Notes under the pieces: generated by a model
Database searches by the model: none
Told to the model about the DNA's origin: nothing
Seen by the model: the letters and a program-made list of their open reading frames with translations, nothing else
DNA from: Monodelphis domestica
Taxonomy: Eukaryota
Assembly: GCF_027887165.1 (NCBI RefSeq)
Contig: NC_077227.1
Coordinates: 173,162,324-173,226,323 of the forward strand
Length of the DNA stretch: 64,000 nt
Direction of reading: 5' to 3'
In this document: one piece after another, positions 1 to 11,775 of the stretch
How the letters are laid out: each line of letters starts with the position of its first letter
Numbering within the stretch: position 1 is the first letter of the stretch
Made by a program: the position numbers and the translations under genes

Positions 1-1164
1 ATAAGTCTTCCCATTTTTCAGCTTATGACAGAAAGGTTTTTATTTATTAATGGTGTTTTCAATGGACTGAATTAGAAGTGAACAGTCAGAAATAGATATA
101 CTGGTCAAAATTTGCATCAGAAGAAAATTCAATTTGGGAGAGTTTATATTTTTTTCATCGGTAGAAGAAAATCTAGCACTGATGAAGAAAAGAATGGTTA
201 AAAAGGGTGTACTTTGATATTTTCAAGGTCCCTTCAATTTCTACTTCATATAATATAATGTAATATTTGTACTTTCTTAAAAAAACTGATAAACGTGTAC
301 ATTTGGGTAAGATTCAACCATCAACTGTGTACAGACACTGTTAAACATAAGAACATACATAGCTAGAATATATATAATTAGGTAAGTTGGAGCTAGTTTC
401 AAATCAGTTCAGGAATCTATAAATCTGTGCTTGATTTATTGTTTGGTGATTGTCTAGACTTAAATGATGGAGAAAATATTAATAAAACAGATTAAGCTTG
501 TGTATATTGTTGTTCCCCTCCCTAACAATAAATCCTCAAATACCCTATACAGGATTAGCAGATATTCATAATTTAAAATTTTTTTCAAATAAAAAAGTAA
601 AAAATAATAACAAATTAAAAAAAAGAAAAGGATATTGTTTGTTCATGTTGACTAATAGTTTGATTGTATGCACTGAGAACTGTAGGCCTATTTTCCTACA
701 TTTCCCTTGCCCTAGTTAGTACCAGAAAATGTAAATCAGCATTAAGCCTGAAGTGTCCCTTTCACTAGTCCCACTTCTACCCTGGAAACGGACTATATGT
801 TCCATCTTATGTTGGGTCCTGAAGCTCCACCTTCTGTTACACCTGGATCACATTTGCTAACTGTTCCTTCGACCACTTCCTCTCTTCCATGGAAAAAATG
901 AGTAGTAAGTTAAGTCAAAAATGAACTAATAAAGAATTTTTGTAACAAAAAGACTGTAACAAAATACTTGCAGCAGTACAGGTTAAACTTTTTCATATTA
1001 TAGAAATGAACACAGGATACACAAGGGGGCATATCTTGGAGATAGTGTTTCTTTTCTAGACTGTGGCAATAAAGCAAATAATGTAAATTTTTTTGTTTCC
1101 CAGTACATATAAAACTGATGTTTACACTATGTTGTTGAGTCCTCTCAGACCTAATTTTTGGGAT

Positions 1165-1360
1165 TTGCTAGGCAAAGATACAGGAATAGTTTGCCATTTC
1201 CTAATCCAGCTCATTTTAGAGATGAAGAAACTGAGGTAAATACAGTTAAGTGACTTGCCCAGGGTCACATAGCTGCTAAATGTCTGAGGGCAGATTTGAA
1301 TTCCAGAAGATAAATCTTACTTATTCTAGACTTGGCATTCTATCCTCTATGCTACCAAAT
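1165..1360 (+). mobile_element. MIR-like SINE fragment.
   Basis: ctcattttagagatgaagaaactgaggtaaatacagttaagtgacttgcccagggtcacatagctgctaaatgtctgagggcagatttgaa. Confidence 0.7.
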
Positions 1361-1454
1361 TGCCCATGTTTACTCTATACTGTAGTCTATTAAGTGTTCA
1401 ATAGTATTAGCTCTAAAAAAAATGTATATACCTTCATTTAAAAATACTTTGCTA

Positions 1455-2330
1455 CTAAAACCTCTAACAAAGGTCTAATTACTCAAATATATAAGGAGCT
1501 AAATCAATTGTACAAAAAAATCAAGCCATTCCCAATTGATAAATGTGCAAGGGACATGAATAAGTAATTTTCAGTTAAAGAAATCAAAACTATTAATAAG
1601 CACATGAAAAAGTGTTCTAAATCTCTTATAATCAGAGAGATGCAAATCAAAATAACTCTGAGGTATCACCTCACACCTAGCAGATTGGCTAACATGACAG
1701 CAAAGGAAAGTAATGAGTGCTGGAGAGCATGTGACAAAGTGGGGACATTAATTCATTGCTGGTGGAGTTGTGAATTGATCCAACCATTCTGGAGGGCAAT
1801 TTGGAACTATGCCCAAAGGGCACTAAAATACTGCCTGCCCTTTGATCCAGCCATAGCACTGCTGGGTTTGTACCCCAAAGAGACAATAAGGAAAAAAACT
1901 TGTACAAGAATATTCATAGCCACACTGTTTGTGGTGGCAAAAAATTGGAAAATGAGGGTGGTATATGTTGGTGGTTTGTGGTATATGTTGGTGATGGAAT
2001 ACTATTGTGCTCAAAGGACTAATGAACTGGAGGAATTCCATGGGAACTGGAACGACCTCCAGGAATTGATGCAGAGTGAGAGGAACAGAACTGATACATT
2101 GTGGTACAATCCAATGTAATGGACTTCTCCATTAGTGGCAATGCTGTGATCCTAGTCAACCTGGAGGGATCTACAAGAAAGAACACTATCCACATTCACA
2201 GAGGAAAAACTGTGGGAGTAGAAACACAGAAGAAAAACAACTGCTTGATTACATGGGTTGAAGGGATATGGCTGGGGATGTAGACTGTAATTGATCATCC
2301 TAGTGCAAACATCAACAACGTGGAAACAGG
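1455..2330 (+). mobile_element. L1 3' fragment (ORF2 C-terminus and start of 3'UTR).
   Basis: The ORF at 1604-2119 translates to [63 protein letters not shown], an L1 ORF2 C-terminal domain. Confidence 0.85.
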
Positions 2331-3000
2331 TTCTGATCTACATGTGGTAGAGACATGAAGAGAGAGAAGTTTTGCAGGACAAGCCAAAATACAAGAAACA
2401 AGGCTGGAGACCTGTCTGTCAATCAAGAAGAAGGTTCCAAACCGAATGTTCCCAGGTGTTGGCAGTTGAAGCTGGCTTAAGGACCCTTGGGGGGGGGGCT
2501 GCCTTGGCTTTGGGCTCTCTGACCAAAGGAGGATCTGATTCTGTCTCTCTCTCTGAGATTTTACTGACCAAGAGTTGGAGGAAAGCCAGGCTGAAGGAGA
2601 GACTTTTCTTGGTGGCTGGTTGTAGGTGGAAGAAGCTGAACTGATCCTTGTAGCTTCTGTCCCAGGCTGAAGGACCCTTGGGGGGAGGGGGTGGGCTTAT
2701 AAAATTAGGTTGAGAGACGTTGGTGGCTTTGTGGAGAAGAAAAGAAGACTTAACAGTTGTCTTCCATCTCTCTAACTGTCCCTGAGTCACAACTGTGACA
2801 AGACTGACTATTTCCATAACCCTCCTAAATTCTCCTTAGAGATTAGGGAAACCCTCATCCCTCTTTCTTCAGTTTCCCATCCTGCTGTTTTCCAATAAAC
2901 CCCTTAACTGAGAAAGAAAACTAGAGTATTTTATAGTCCACTCAGGGGGGGAGGGAGGAAGCCAAAGGCTTCAAGAAGTGGGTGGTTAAGGGAGGGAGTG
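2330..3000 (+). repeat. Repeat of uncertain identity downstream of the L1 fragment. It is either L1 3'UTR sequence or an LTR-like segment with TATA and AATAAA.
   Basis: Internal duplication of ggctgaaggacccttgggggg at 2471-2498 and 2661-2695. cttataaaatt at 2697. ccaataaacccc at 2892. Confidence 0.2.
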
Positions 3001-3929
3001 AGGGAGGAGATTAGGAAAATATTGATTCATCAGCTTCAAATAGGGATCAATAGGCAAACTCCAGAGCATTCCCCTGCAACAGCATCCCTCTATCTGCAGC
3101 AGCATCTCTCAGCATCTCTATCTCTGTAGTACTTCTATTTGCACCATTGTAACTAGGCAATCCTTGGGCGTGTACCCATACTAGTAGCAGCCCTCTAGTC
3201 TCAAGCTAGAGTACTATCAGTCACTGCAAAAAGAAATAGTCACACAGATTAACATTTTCTATTACAGACACAAGTAATACCCAGTGAAATTGCTGCAGGA
3301 AGGGGAAGGGGAGGGGAGGGAGGGAAATAATGTAATTCTTGTAACCAAGGAATAATGTTCTAAATTGACTAAATAAATTAATCTTAAAAAATACTTTTAT
3401 ACTAAAAATGCTAACCATTACCTGGGCCTTTGTTGCATCATAATCTCCTTGCTGGTAGAGAATCTTGCCTTGATGTTGATGGAATCTGACTGAGCAGGTG
3501 GTGGCTGCTGAAAACTTTTTAAGAAAAATAAATCCAAAATGCTATCTAACAGAGAGGTGATGGAATCAAAGCAAACAATGAGACATTCTTGAACATGGTC
3601 AATGTAAGAATTTTTGCACATATATTATATATATAATATATTTATAATAAAGGTTTGTTTTTGCTTTATTTACAAAGATAAGAAGAGGTGGGGGAGACAA
3701 AATATATTTTTGGTAATAGAAAAATTAAAATTTAAAAGAAATGCAAATTGAAATATCAGTGGGTAAGATGAAAGAAATACCAAATGATAGATTTAATTAG
3801 ATATATTCAAGAACATAAAAGGTGAATTTAATTCAGTTTTTTTTAAAGAAAGGAGGAGCAACTAGAGAAATTACAGTTGTGACATTATAAAATGTCAAAG
3901 TGACATTAAATGACTTTCAAAACAACAAT

Positions 3930-4135
3930 GGGGGTGGGCAGCTGGATAGCTCAGTGGATTGAGAGCCAGGCCTAGAGATGGGAGGTCCTGGGTTCCAATC
4001 TGGCCTGAGACACTTCCCAGCTGTGTGACCCTGGGCAAGTCACTTAACCCCCATGGCCTAGCCCTTACCACTCTTCTGCCTTGGAACCAATACACAGTAT
4101 TGATTCCAAGATGGCGGAAGGTAAGGGTTTTTAAA
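3930..4135 (+). mobile_element. Marsupial tRNA-derived SINE (SINE1/MAR1-like) with a (CAA)n tail.
   Basis: gggcagctggatagctcagtggattgagagccaggcctagagatgggaggtcctgggttccaatctggcc...gtgaccctgggcaagtcacttaacc. It carries pol III A and B boxes. The CAA repeat spans 4131-4158. Confidence 0.9.
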
Positions 4136-4779
4136 CAACAACAACAACAAAAAACCCCATTGGTATTGCCAAATAAAATCTAGTATTCATATTACACTTT
4201 ACATGTATATGTATACATATATACATATATATCTTCAGGACAACACTAGAAGTTAGATGCTATCATTATACCCATTTTACAGAGGAGGAAACTTAGGCAG
4301 AGGGTTTAAGTGGCTTTCCCAAGGTCACAAGTAGCAGAATAGATGATACTGAACAAAGATCAATAGATAATAAAACTGAAGATTAGACCCAAGCTGTAGT
4401 AAAAATGAAAAATAAACTAATATATATGAAGAATAAAGTAACAGATTTTAGGGGGTGGGGCAACAGATGAAGTACAGATGTAAGAAAAATTGGTATTCCA
4501 TAAGACACTGAAAATATTTTAAAAACTAGCTTCTATAGTAAAATGAAAAAACTTCCCAGAATGGACAATATCGGGCAATATTCTGCAGAGAGAATATTCA
4601 TATATATATAAATAATTTAGTAAAAGGAGAAAAAATAAATGCTTGTTATTTGAAAAAAATTTAATGAGAAAACAAAGTTTATATATAAATACATATAAAG
4701 AAATCTAAACTGTGAACATTCAATGAATACAACTGTTGAACCATAAAATGATAAATTCTCTAAGTGTCAAGAAAAATAA

Positions 4780-4822
4780 TTAGATTACATTTAAATATAT
4801 ATATATTTAGATTACATTTAAA

Positions 4823-4853
<31 letters not shown>

Positions 4854-4858
4854 TTTAA
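4780..4858. repeat. A 26-bp tandem duplication (ttagattacatttaaatatatatata) followed by (TA)n and a poly-T run.
   Basis: ttagattacatttaaatatatatatatttagattacatttaaatatatatatatatatatatatatttttttttttt. Confidence 0.9.
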
Positions 4859-5050
4859 CTCTTATCTTCTGTCTTAGAATCAATACTGTGGATTGGTTCC
4901 AAGGCAGAAGAGTGGTAAGGGCTAGGCAATGGGGGTAAAGTGACTTGCCCAGGGTCACACAGTTAGGAATTGTCTGAGGTCAGATTTAAACCTAGGACCT
5001 CCTGTCTCTAGGCCTGGCTTTCAATTCACTGACCTACCCAGCTGCCCCCA
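4845..5050 (-). mobile_element. Marsupial tRNA-derived SINE (same family), reverse orientation.
   Basis: Reverse complement of the SINE consensus, with a poly-T head at 4845-4856. Confidence 0.9.
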
Positions 5051-6261
5051 TAAAAAATAATTTTTGATGTTTCTTAACTTGACAAACTTCAAAACACATT
5101 GTTATGGGGGTCGATGTGTACCCTTGGGGTTTTCCTCTTTCTTCTGGGCGCCAAAATGTTATGGGCAGGAAGGATCCCTTTGGGGTTCTGGAAGGATACC
5201 TTTTGCAAGAATGCAAGACTCCAAAACTTAGCTTAAAAACAAAAAGAGAAATTTATTAATTTAGAAAGTAATGTTGAGAATGGCCAGAAGGATAGCAAGG
5301 TGGGACAGCAAGATGGAGAGCAGTTCCTGGGAGGACAGCATGGATGGAAAGGCTATCCCCCAGAGGACATCAGTTCTGGGGTTTATATACTCTTTAGATG
5401 CTATGTCCTGGTGTGGATGTGACCTAGAGTATTAGTTCCTCAGGCATTTGGTGGGATGAGGTGGTCATCTGACTGGGGTCTGCCTGGAGGCATAAAGATC
5501 CATCTCTTTGTCCATTTTAAGTCAAAGGTAGATAGTCATCTCAGGACCCTAGGTGGGGTCATTGGGTGTTTCTAGGTTAAGAGTCACAAGGATACAAAGG
5601 CAAGGGAGTTTCCCTGATAATAGTTCCCCTGAATTTCTGGGGGTACAGTGCCCATGTCAACATGAACATTTCCACATACGAAGAAGAGAAAAAAGAATAT
5701 ACTTGGGGAATTCTTTCACGATGATGAGGTTTGGCAGTGGGAAATGGTGCTTTAAAATGCTATAAGTGCTTTGAAATCCTTTTCCATAGTAATGCTTTTA
5801 GATCTTGTGGTTTTTACTAGTGAGCAGATACTAGAATCTCTGAGTTTCTCCAGCTACTTCCAGCAGAAGAGCTTGCTGGGTGAAGGAGGGGACAGCATCA
5901 GAGTTAACCTATAAATCATTATAAACTTTTGATAAGGGTTTGAAGGTGAAACAATTTTGAATATTTTCCAGATAACAAGTTATGGGAGGAATTTTTACCC
6001 AGGTAAACTGGATATCTTCTGCCCCCTTCCTCTGGAATTCAATCCAAATTGAATCCAAAGGGGAGGAACTCACAGAAGAGGAAGAGAACAATACCCTAGA
6101 CCCATAATAAAAATGCAAAAACCAAAATCCCAGGAAAATGGGGTTATTTCCATCACCCTGATCTTCCCCGTTGACCAGGTCACAAAATTTATAAAATTAC
6201 TAGCTAAATGCTTTCATACCTTCTGATGATAGGGTCTGACTTTTTTTTTAATTTAATTCTT

Positions 6262-6473
6262 TTTTTTTAAACCCTCACCTTCAGTCTTAGAATCAGTATT
6301 GTCTATTGGTTCTAAGGCAAAAGAACATAAGGGCTAGGCAATGGGGGGGTTTGGGGGAGGTCAAGTGATTTGCCTAGGGTCACATAGCTAGGAAGTGTCT
6401 GAAGACACATTTGAACCCAAGACCTCCTTTATCTGGGCCTTGCTCTCAGTCTACTGAGCCACCTAGTTGCCCC
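6262..6473 (-). mobile_element. Marsupial tRNA-derived SINE, reverse orientation.
   Basis: tttttttaaaccctcaccttcagtcttagaatcagtattgtctattggttctaaggc...ctactgagccacctagttgcccc. Confidence 0.9.
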
Positions 6474-7043
6474 AGAACTTTAATTCTTTAAGCAAGAATC
6501 AGCATTTGCTCTTCCCCCCAAAACTGAAAACTCATTAACCCACAACAAGATTACATATTTAAATTTTTTAATTAAAGTAACAACTGTTTTCAAAAAATAC
6601 AAAGAAAAGTACTATTATTGAACAAAACCACACAAAAGCATTTTAGAAATAGGACTGCAATACCAAATCATACCTTAGAAACAGGATTGTATCAATTAAA
6701 ATTTTTTTAAATTATTTTTTTAAACCTGGCAGAATTTAAAAGCAAGAATCAATAACTAAAGAAATGCCTTACAAGTTGCAGAAGAGGAGTTCCAAATTAC
6801 CCCAAGTGACAAATTTATAACAAAAATAATAGTGTGCTTTGCCTGTGCCAAATTATAATTATGATTTGGGGAATGTATGCATCGATACAGAAAAATGTGT
6901 ATAGAGAAAGGATGGAAAAGAACATGGAACCACGCATATACATTATTCTTGAGTACATAATACTGATCACACAAGATTAAATCATTTTAAAACTATACAA
7001 AAACATTAGGAGACAAAATTTATACAGGTTGTACAACAAGGAA

Positions 7044-7310
7044 GGAGCAGCTAGGTGGCACAATGGATAGAGCCTCTGGCCTGGAGTCAGAAAGACTTAT
7101 CTTCCTGAGTTCAAATATGGCCTCAAGACATTTACTAGTTGTGTGATCCAGAGCAAGTCACTTAACCCTGTGTGGCCAAGTTTGCTCATTTGTAAATGAG
7201 CTGGAAAAAAGAAATGGCAAACTACTCCAGTATCTTTGCCAGGAAAACTTCAAATGAGGTCAGGCATAACAGGTATAACTCATAAGAGTCAGGCATAATG
7301 AAATGATTAA
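7044..7310 (+). mobile_element. Second marsupial SINE family: tRNA-like head plus a tail of the form ...tctttgccaggaaaacttcaaatgaggtc.
   Basis: ggagcagctaggtggcacaatggatagagcctctggcctggagtcagaaagacttatcttcctgagttcaaatatggcctcaagaca...aaatggcaaactactccagtatctttgccagg. Confidence 0.85.
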
Positions 7311-9390
7311 ACAACAACAAATGACAATGAAGATAGATAACTAAATAAAATTGGCATTACATTACAACAACATGAATCAGTTATAAAACTACCAAGAATA
7401 TAGTTTCTAACACAGTTAGCTAAGTAAACTTCTTTGATAGCTAATTAATATCCCACAAACTAATCTTCCTATTAGACTAAGGCAGTGCTGAGCCACAACA
7501 AAGTATAACAAATAAATCATCAAAATTTTAATTAAAACAGCAATGTTGGTAAAGCTCTATATTAACAGGCACATGTCCATTGCTAATAGATTGGGGAACT
7601 TAAAGTTCAGAGGGCAGGATGTGGTAAAAATTAAAAAATAATCATGCCCTTTGAGTCAATATTTCCATTATTGGGATCATTCTATGAAATTTTTTTCAGC
7701 TTACTGGTTCTAAGATTTCTATCACAAAATTATCTGTAACTGGAAAAGCAACAGCAATATCCAACAACTGAAAAATGTTTGAACAAATAATATGATGCAA
7801 CGAAGAAAGACAATTATGCAATGGATAGAAATATTAAAAGAATGCATCAAAATGTGTTCATTAAATACAAGTGATTGTAAAGAAAGGAAATTAGGTAATG
7901 TTTAATATTGAGAGTAAAATGAATCACCTGATAAAAATAATGAAAATAATAGAGAGCACTGAAGACTTCTGATCATATAGTTATACCTGTGCTTTAGGAA
8001 TATAACTTTTGACAGCTGTGTATTTGATGGACCAGAGAGGGAAGAGACTAGAAGCAAGAAGATCAATTAGAAATCTATTGCAGTCATTAGGGAAGACTGA
8101 AATGATAGCCTGAACTAGGATGGTGGTTTTTTAAGTGGAAAAAAGGGAATGAATAAAAAAATATTGTGTAGACAGATCAACAAGACTTTGCATCTGAATG
8201 GCTATGGTGGATAAGCCTTATTACACACTCTCTATATGCCAGGCACTGGGCTAAATGCTGGGGATACAAAGACAGACAAAGATAAAGTCCTTACTCTCAA
8301 GGAGTTCATATTCCTATGAGGGAAGATTACATGAAAAAATAGTAATAAAATTATATATACACACAAAATATAATAAATGTAAATGAAAGGTTACCCAAAA
8401 GGAATGCACTAATGTGTGTTGAGTTGGAGGAAGGAGGAAAGGAGGGAGTGGCATGGATGGAAAAAAGGTCTTCCTAAAGAAAATGGGATTTTGAGCTGAG
8501 TCTTGCAGGAAGTCAGGAAGTAGATATGAGGATGAAGAGCATTCTAGGCCTGGGAGATGACCACTGAAAAAGGACAGAGTCAGGAGGTGTGTCCTGTGCA
8601 GGGAATGGCAAGAAGGCCATTATTAATGATCACAGGGTTCATGGCATAAAGTATGGGCCAGGTTGTGAAGGACTTTAAAAGCCAGAAAGAGAACTTTACA
8701 TTTGATCCTCGAGATAACAGGAAGTAATTGGGGTTAGTGATTAGAAGGATGTGCTTTAGGAAAATCACTTTGGCAGATTAGTGGCAAATGAATTGGAGTA
8801 GGAAAAAATTAAGGTAAGAAGAACCACCAGAAGATTGTTGAAGTAGGCCAGGTATGAGATGCCAAGGGCCTGCTCCAGGAAGGCCACTATGTGAGTGGAA
8901 AGAAGGGAAATATACAAGAAATGTAGAAATAACAAGACTTGGCAACAGATTAGATATGGGGGACAAATGTGTGAAAAATTAAGGATGACATCAAAGTTGT
9001 GAGTCTAGGTAGGATTGAGAGAAGATTATTGCCCTAGAGACGCTGGGTAGAGGGAAGATTTTGGGGAAACAGTGATATGTTCTGTTTTTGTTTATACATA
9101 CTGAGTTTGAGATGTCTATAGAACATTTAGTTTGACATGTCCAAATTGGTAAGGGAGAAAGGAAGAGAGATGGGGACAGACTGTTAGTATATATGAATTC
9201 AATAAAGATCCAGCAAAGGAGACTGAGGAGGAACTGTCAGACAGGTTGCAGGAAACAATAGTGTCACAAAACCCTGGAGAAGAGAGTATCCCAGAGAAAA
9301 GGGGGATGAAGAGTGTCAAAAACCTGAGAATTCAAAATGGCCATTAGAGTTGGTGACCTGAAGGAAGAATCAAAGATGACTCCTAGGTTA

Positions 9391-9600
9391 TTTTTTGTTT
9401 GTTTGTTTTTATAAAAACCCTTACCTTCTGTTGTCTTGGAATCAATACTGTGTATTGGCTCCAAGGCAGAAGAATGGTAAGGGCTAGGCAATGGGGGTCA
9501 AGTGACTTGCCCAGGTCACATAGCTGGGAAGTGTTTAAGACCCCTAGGACCTCCCATCTCTAGGCCTAGCTCTCAATCCACTGAGCTACCCAGCTGCCCC
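9391..9600 (-). mobile_element. Marsupial tRNA-derived SINE with a 13-bp target-site duplication.
   Basis: Target-site duplication tgactcctaggtt at 9378-9390 and 9601-9613. Confidence 0.9.
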
Positions 9601-10303
9601 TGACTCCTAGGTTTTAAAGCTGAGGGACTGGAAGAATGATGGTATCCTCAATAAAATAAAAATATGGAATTTGGGAAGTTCCTGGGAAAGAATGTGAATT
9701 TTCTTTGGGAAATGTGGAATTTGAGATGTTTAAAGGATATTCCAGAAGGCAACTGATTTGAGATTAGAGTTCCAAAAAAAGTCATTAGGGCTACCTATGT
9801 GGGTATGGGAGTTTTTTGTATAGAGCTAACAAATTTGACCCTTTGTAACTTATGAGCTTCCTGAGAGTGCAAAAAAGAGAAAAAAGTCCAGGATAGCTTT
9901 CGTGAAAACTCCATTGAGGGGACAGATGAGCTACCAAAAGAGACTAAGAAGAAGTGATTTAACTAGTAAGAGAAGAACCAAAGAGATCAATATCATGGAA
10001 AGTAGGAGAGGAGTGAAGCCTGAGAAAATACCACTGTAACAACTTAATATCTTTTTTCCTGAACCTAACATTTGGTGGTGTTTTAGTTTGTGATTACATC
10101 TAGTTTATATTGTCCTAGAATGCAACATGGTTTGGACCAACACTCCAACATGCAAAACAGATGGAAATTGCCAGATGTACAATCTTGGATGCTAGAACTT
10201 CTGTTTTTCCTGTCCTGTTCTATACTCCCTTGCAGCCACCGGCGGGAAGAGCTATTTTAGAGATTCTCTGGCTTACTCAGAGTCTAGACAAAACCATACA
10301 GGA

Positions 10304-10569
10304 TCATTTGTATGTGATTAAATACTCTGGGTATGAGTGGTCATCAAAAAAAGTTACAAATATCTTTGGCATGCCCACTGAATCAACTAAACTATCATAT
10401 CTCCCTCCTCCTGGCTTTTCCGGAGGAAATGTTATTGACACATCACCTTTAGAGTACTCTCCAGTAAGGACACGGACCTGGAACATAAGCTTGTATCTTT
10501 GGTGGCCACAATACTGGGAGGACATATATGCCTCCTTTGCAAAGTAGATCCCTTGGCCATACATTCCAT
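10304..10569 (-). CDS. PARP14: Terminal coding exon of a PARP14-like ADP-ribosyltransferase. It encodes the C-terminal half of the catalytic domain (GQGIYFA ... DSLVDSVGMPKIFVTFFDDHSYPEYLITYK, then stop).
   Basis: The minus-strand ORF reads MYGQGIYFAKEAYMSSQYCGHQRYKLMFQVRVLTGEYSKGDVSITFPPEKPGGGRYDSLVDSVGMPKIFVTFFDDHSYPEYLITYK. This matches the macro-PARP (PARP14/15) C-terminus. The human PARP14 end, recalled from memory, is ...YGKGTYFA...YVRVLTG...DTVTDN...SLFVAFYDYQAYPEYLITFRK. A polypyrimidine tract plus CAG acceptor (ttatttttacag|AT) lies at 10570-10581. Confidence 0.8.
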
Positions 10570-10879
10570 CTGTAAAAATAAGGATTTGTCATTAGACCTT
10601 GGACATATAACATGAGAAGTTAAATATCTCTTAGGATAAAGGAATATAGGATTAGCAGGAACCCAACTCCTACCTCAACACAATAGGATAGTTTTTCCTT
10701 AAAAGGTATTGGAGTCACCCTCAAGATATGATTGGCACAAAGGAACTAAAGGCTCAGGCTACTGACATCACTTTCTGGTTGCTGAGTACAAAGCAAACAA
10801 GAGGAGCTCTTGGTGACCTGATGCTTGGGTTGGTGGAGCACAAAGGACAATTCAGGCAAGGGAGCTTTGCTCAGCTGTA

Positions 10880-11074
10880 TCAATTAGGGGGATCCTCAGT
10901 GCCTATTCCTATTGAATATCCTTCTCTTGCTCTGGCTAAGTAAATTTCCTTGTTAACTACTGAATGATCCACAAAATCATTTTGTTCCATTACACAGTAC
11001 CAGGGGATTGGTGTGGTCAAGTCAGCCCAGGAATCAGAAAAAATAAACCTATATTTCTGGCTTTTCAATAGCAT
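10880..11074 (-). pseudogene. Relic of the first catalytic-domain exon of the PARP14-like gene. The frame is broken and no intact LFHGT (H-G-S) motif is recoverable downstream.
   Basis: The ORF segment FIFSDSWADLTTPIPWYCVMEQNDFVDHSVVNKEIY...YSIGIGTE resembles the start of PARP14/15 catalytic domains (P.HW.DM...F.VV.L....EY..V...F....YAIEKIERIQN). It is followed by an in-frame TGA. The -1 frame continues IQLSKAPLPELSFVLHQPKHQ, in which only a His aligns where LFHGT would be. Confidence 0.35.
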
Positions 11075-11595
11075 TAAGCCCTACCCTCTCTCGGTTGTGG
11101 CAAACTTACTTTTCCTACAGGTACTCTTTAGCCCATGTTCAGTGATGGATAAACAGTTCTGTGGTGGTGTTCCATGAAAGAGGACTTTTTCATTCTGTAC
11201 TCCTGGAGGATTCTTTTTCTCCATCCAGTTCCGCTTGTAAATGTAAGAGGTCCAGAGGTATGGGTTTTGTATTCTCTCTATCTAAGTAACAAAATCAGAG
11301 AGGGTCTGGTCATAACTCAAATGATAATAACTCAAAGACAAAAGGACATATGTCATAATATTATATCTTGTTTTCACATCTATATTTCCAAATGAGATTT
11401 AATTGAATGAGCAAGTAATTCCTAATATAGACTAAAATTTTCCATATCTACTTTTAAAGCTAGGAAGCTCTAACATCTCTCTCCTTTAATGGTGACTATA
11501 TAATGAGAGACTAGGAATGGGAGATCAATTCCAAAGTCCTTTTCCCCCCATTTTTGATTATTATTATTATTATTTTGATTATTTCAGACATGAAA

Positions 11596-11775
11596 TCTGG
11601 TTTAGTAGAAACAGTAGATATTGGACTAGGAATCAGAAGATCTAAGTTCTAGTCCTGGCTCTACCAGCTGTATGATGCTGAGCAAGTCACTTCCTCTCTC
11701 CTGCAGGGCTTCAGTTTTCCCATTTGTAAAATAAGGTATTTGGATTAGATGTCTAAAGCCCCTTCCAGATTCACT
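11596..11775 (+). mobile_element. MIR-like SINE.
   Basis: gaatcagaagatctaagttctagtcctggctctaccagctgtatgatgctgagcaagtcacttcctctctcctgcagggcttcagttttcccatttgtaaaataaggtatttggattagatg. Confidence 0.7.

Noticed and set aside
2419-2817. 132-aa minus-strand proline-rich ORF.
   Set aside because: It lies in the L1 3'UTR or LTR-like repeat, is low complexity, and has no homology signal.
10161-10547. 128-aa plus-strand ORF.
   Set aside because: It is antisense to the well-supported PARP14-like terminal exon, and its translation has no recognisable features.
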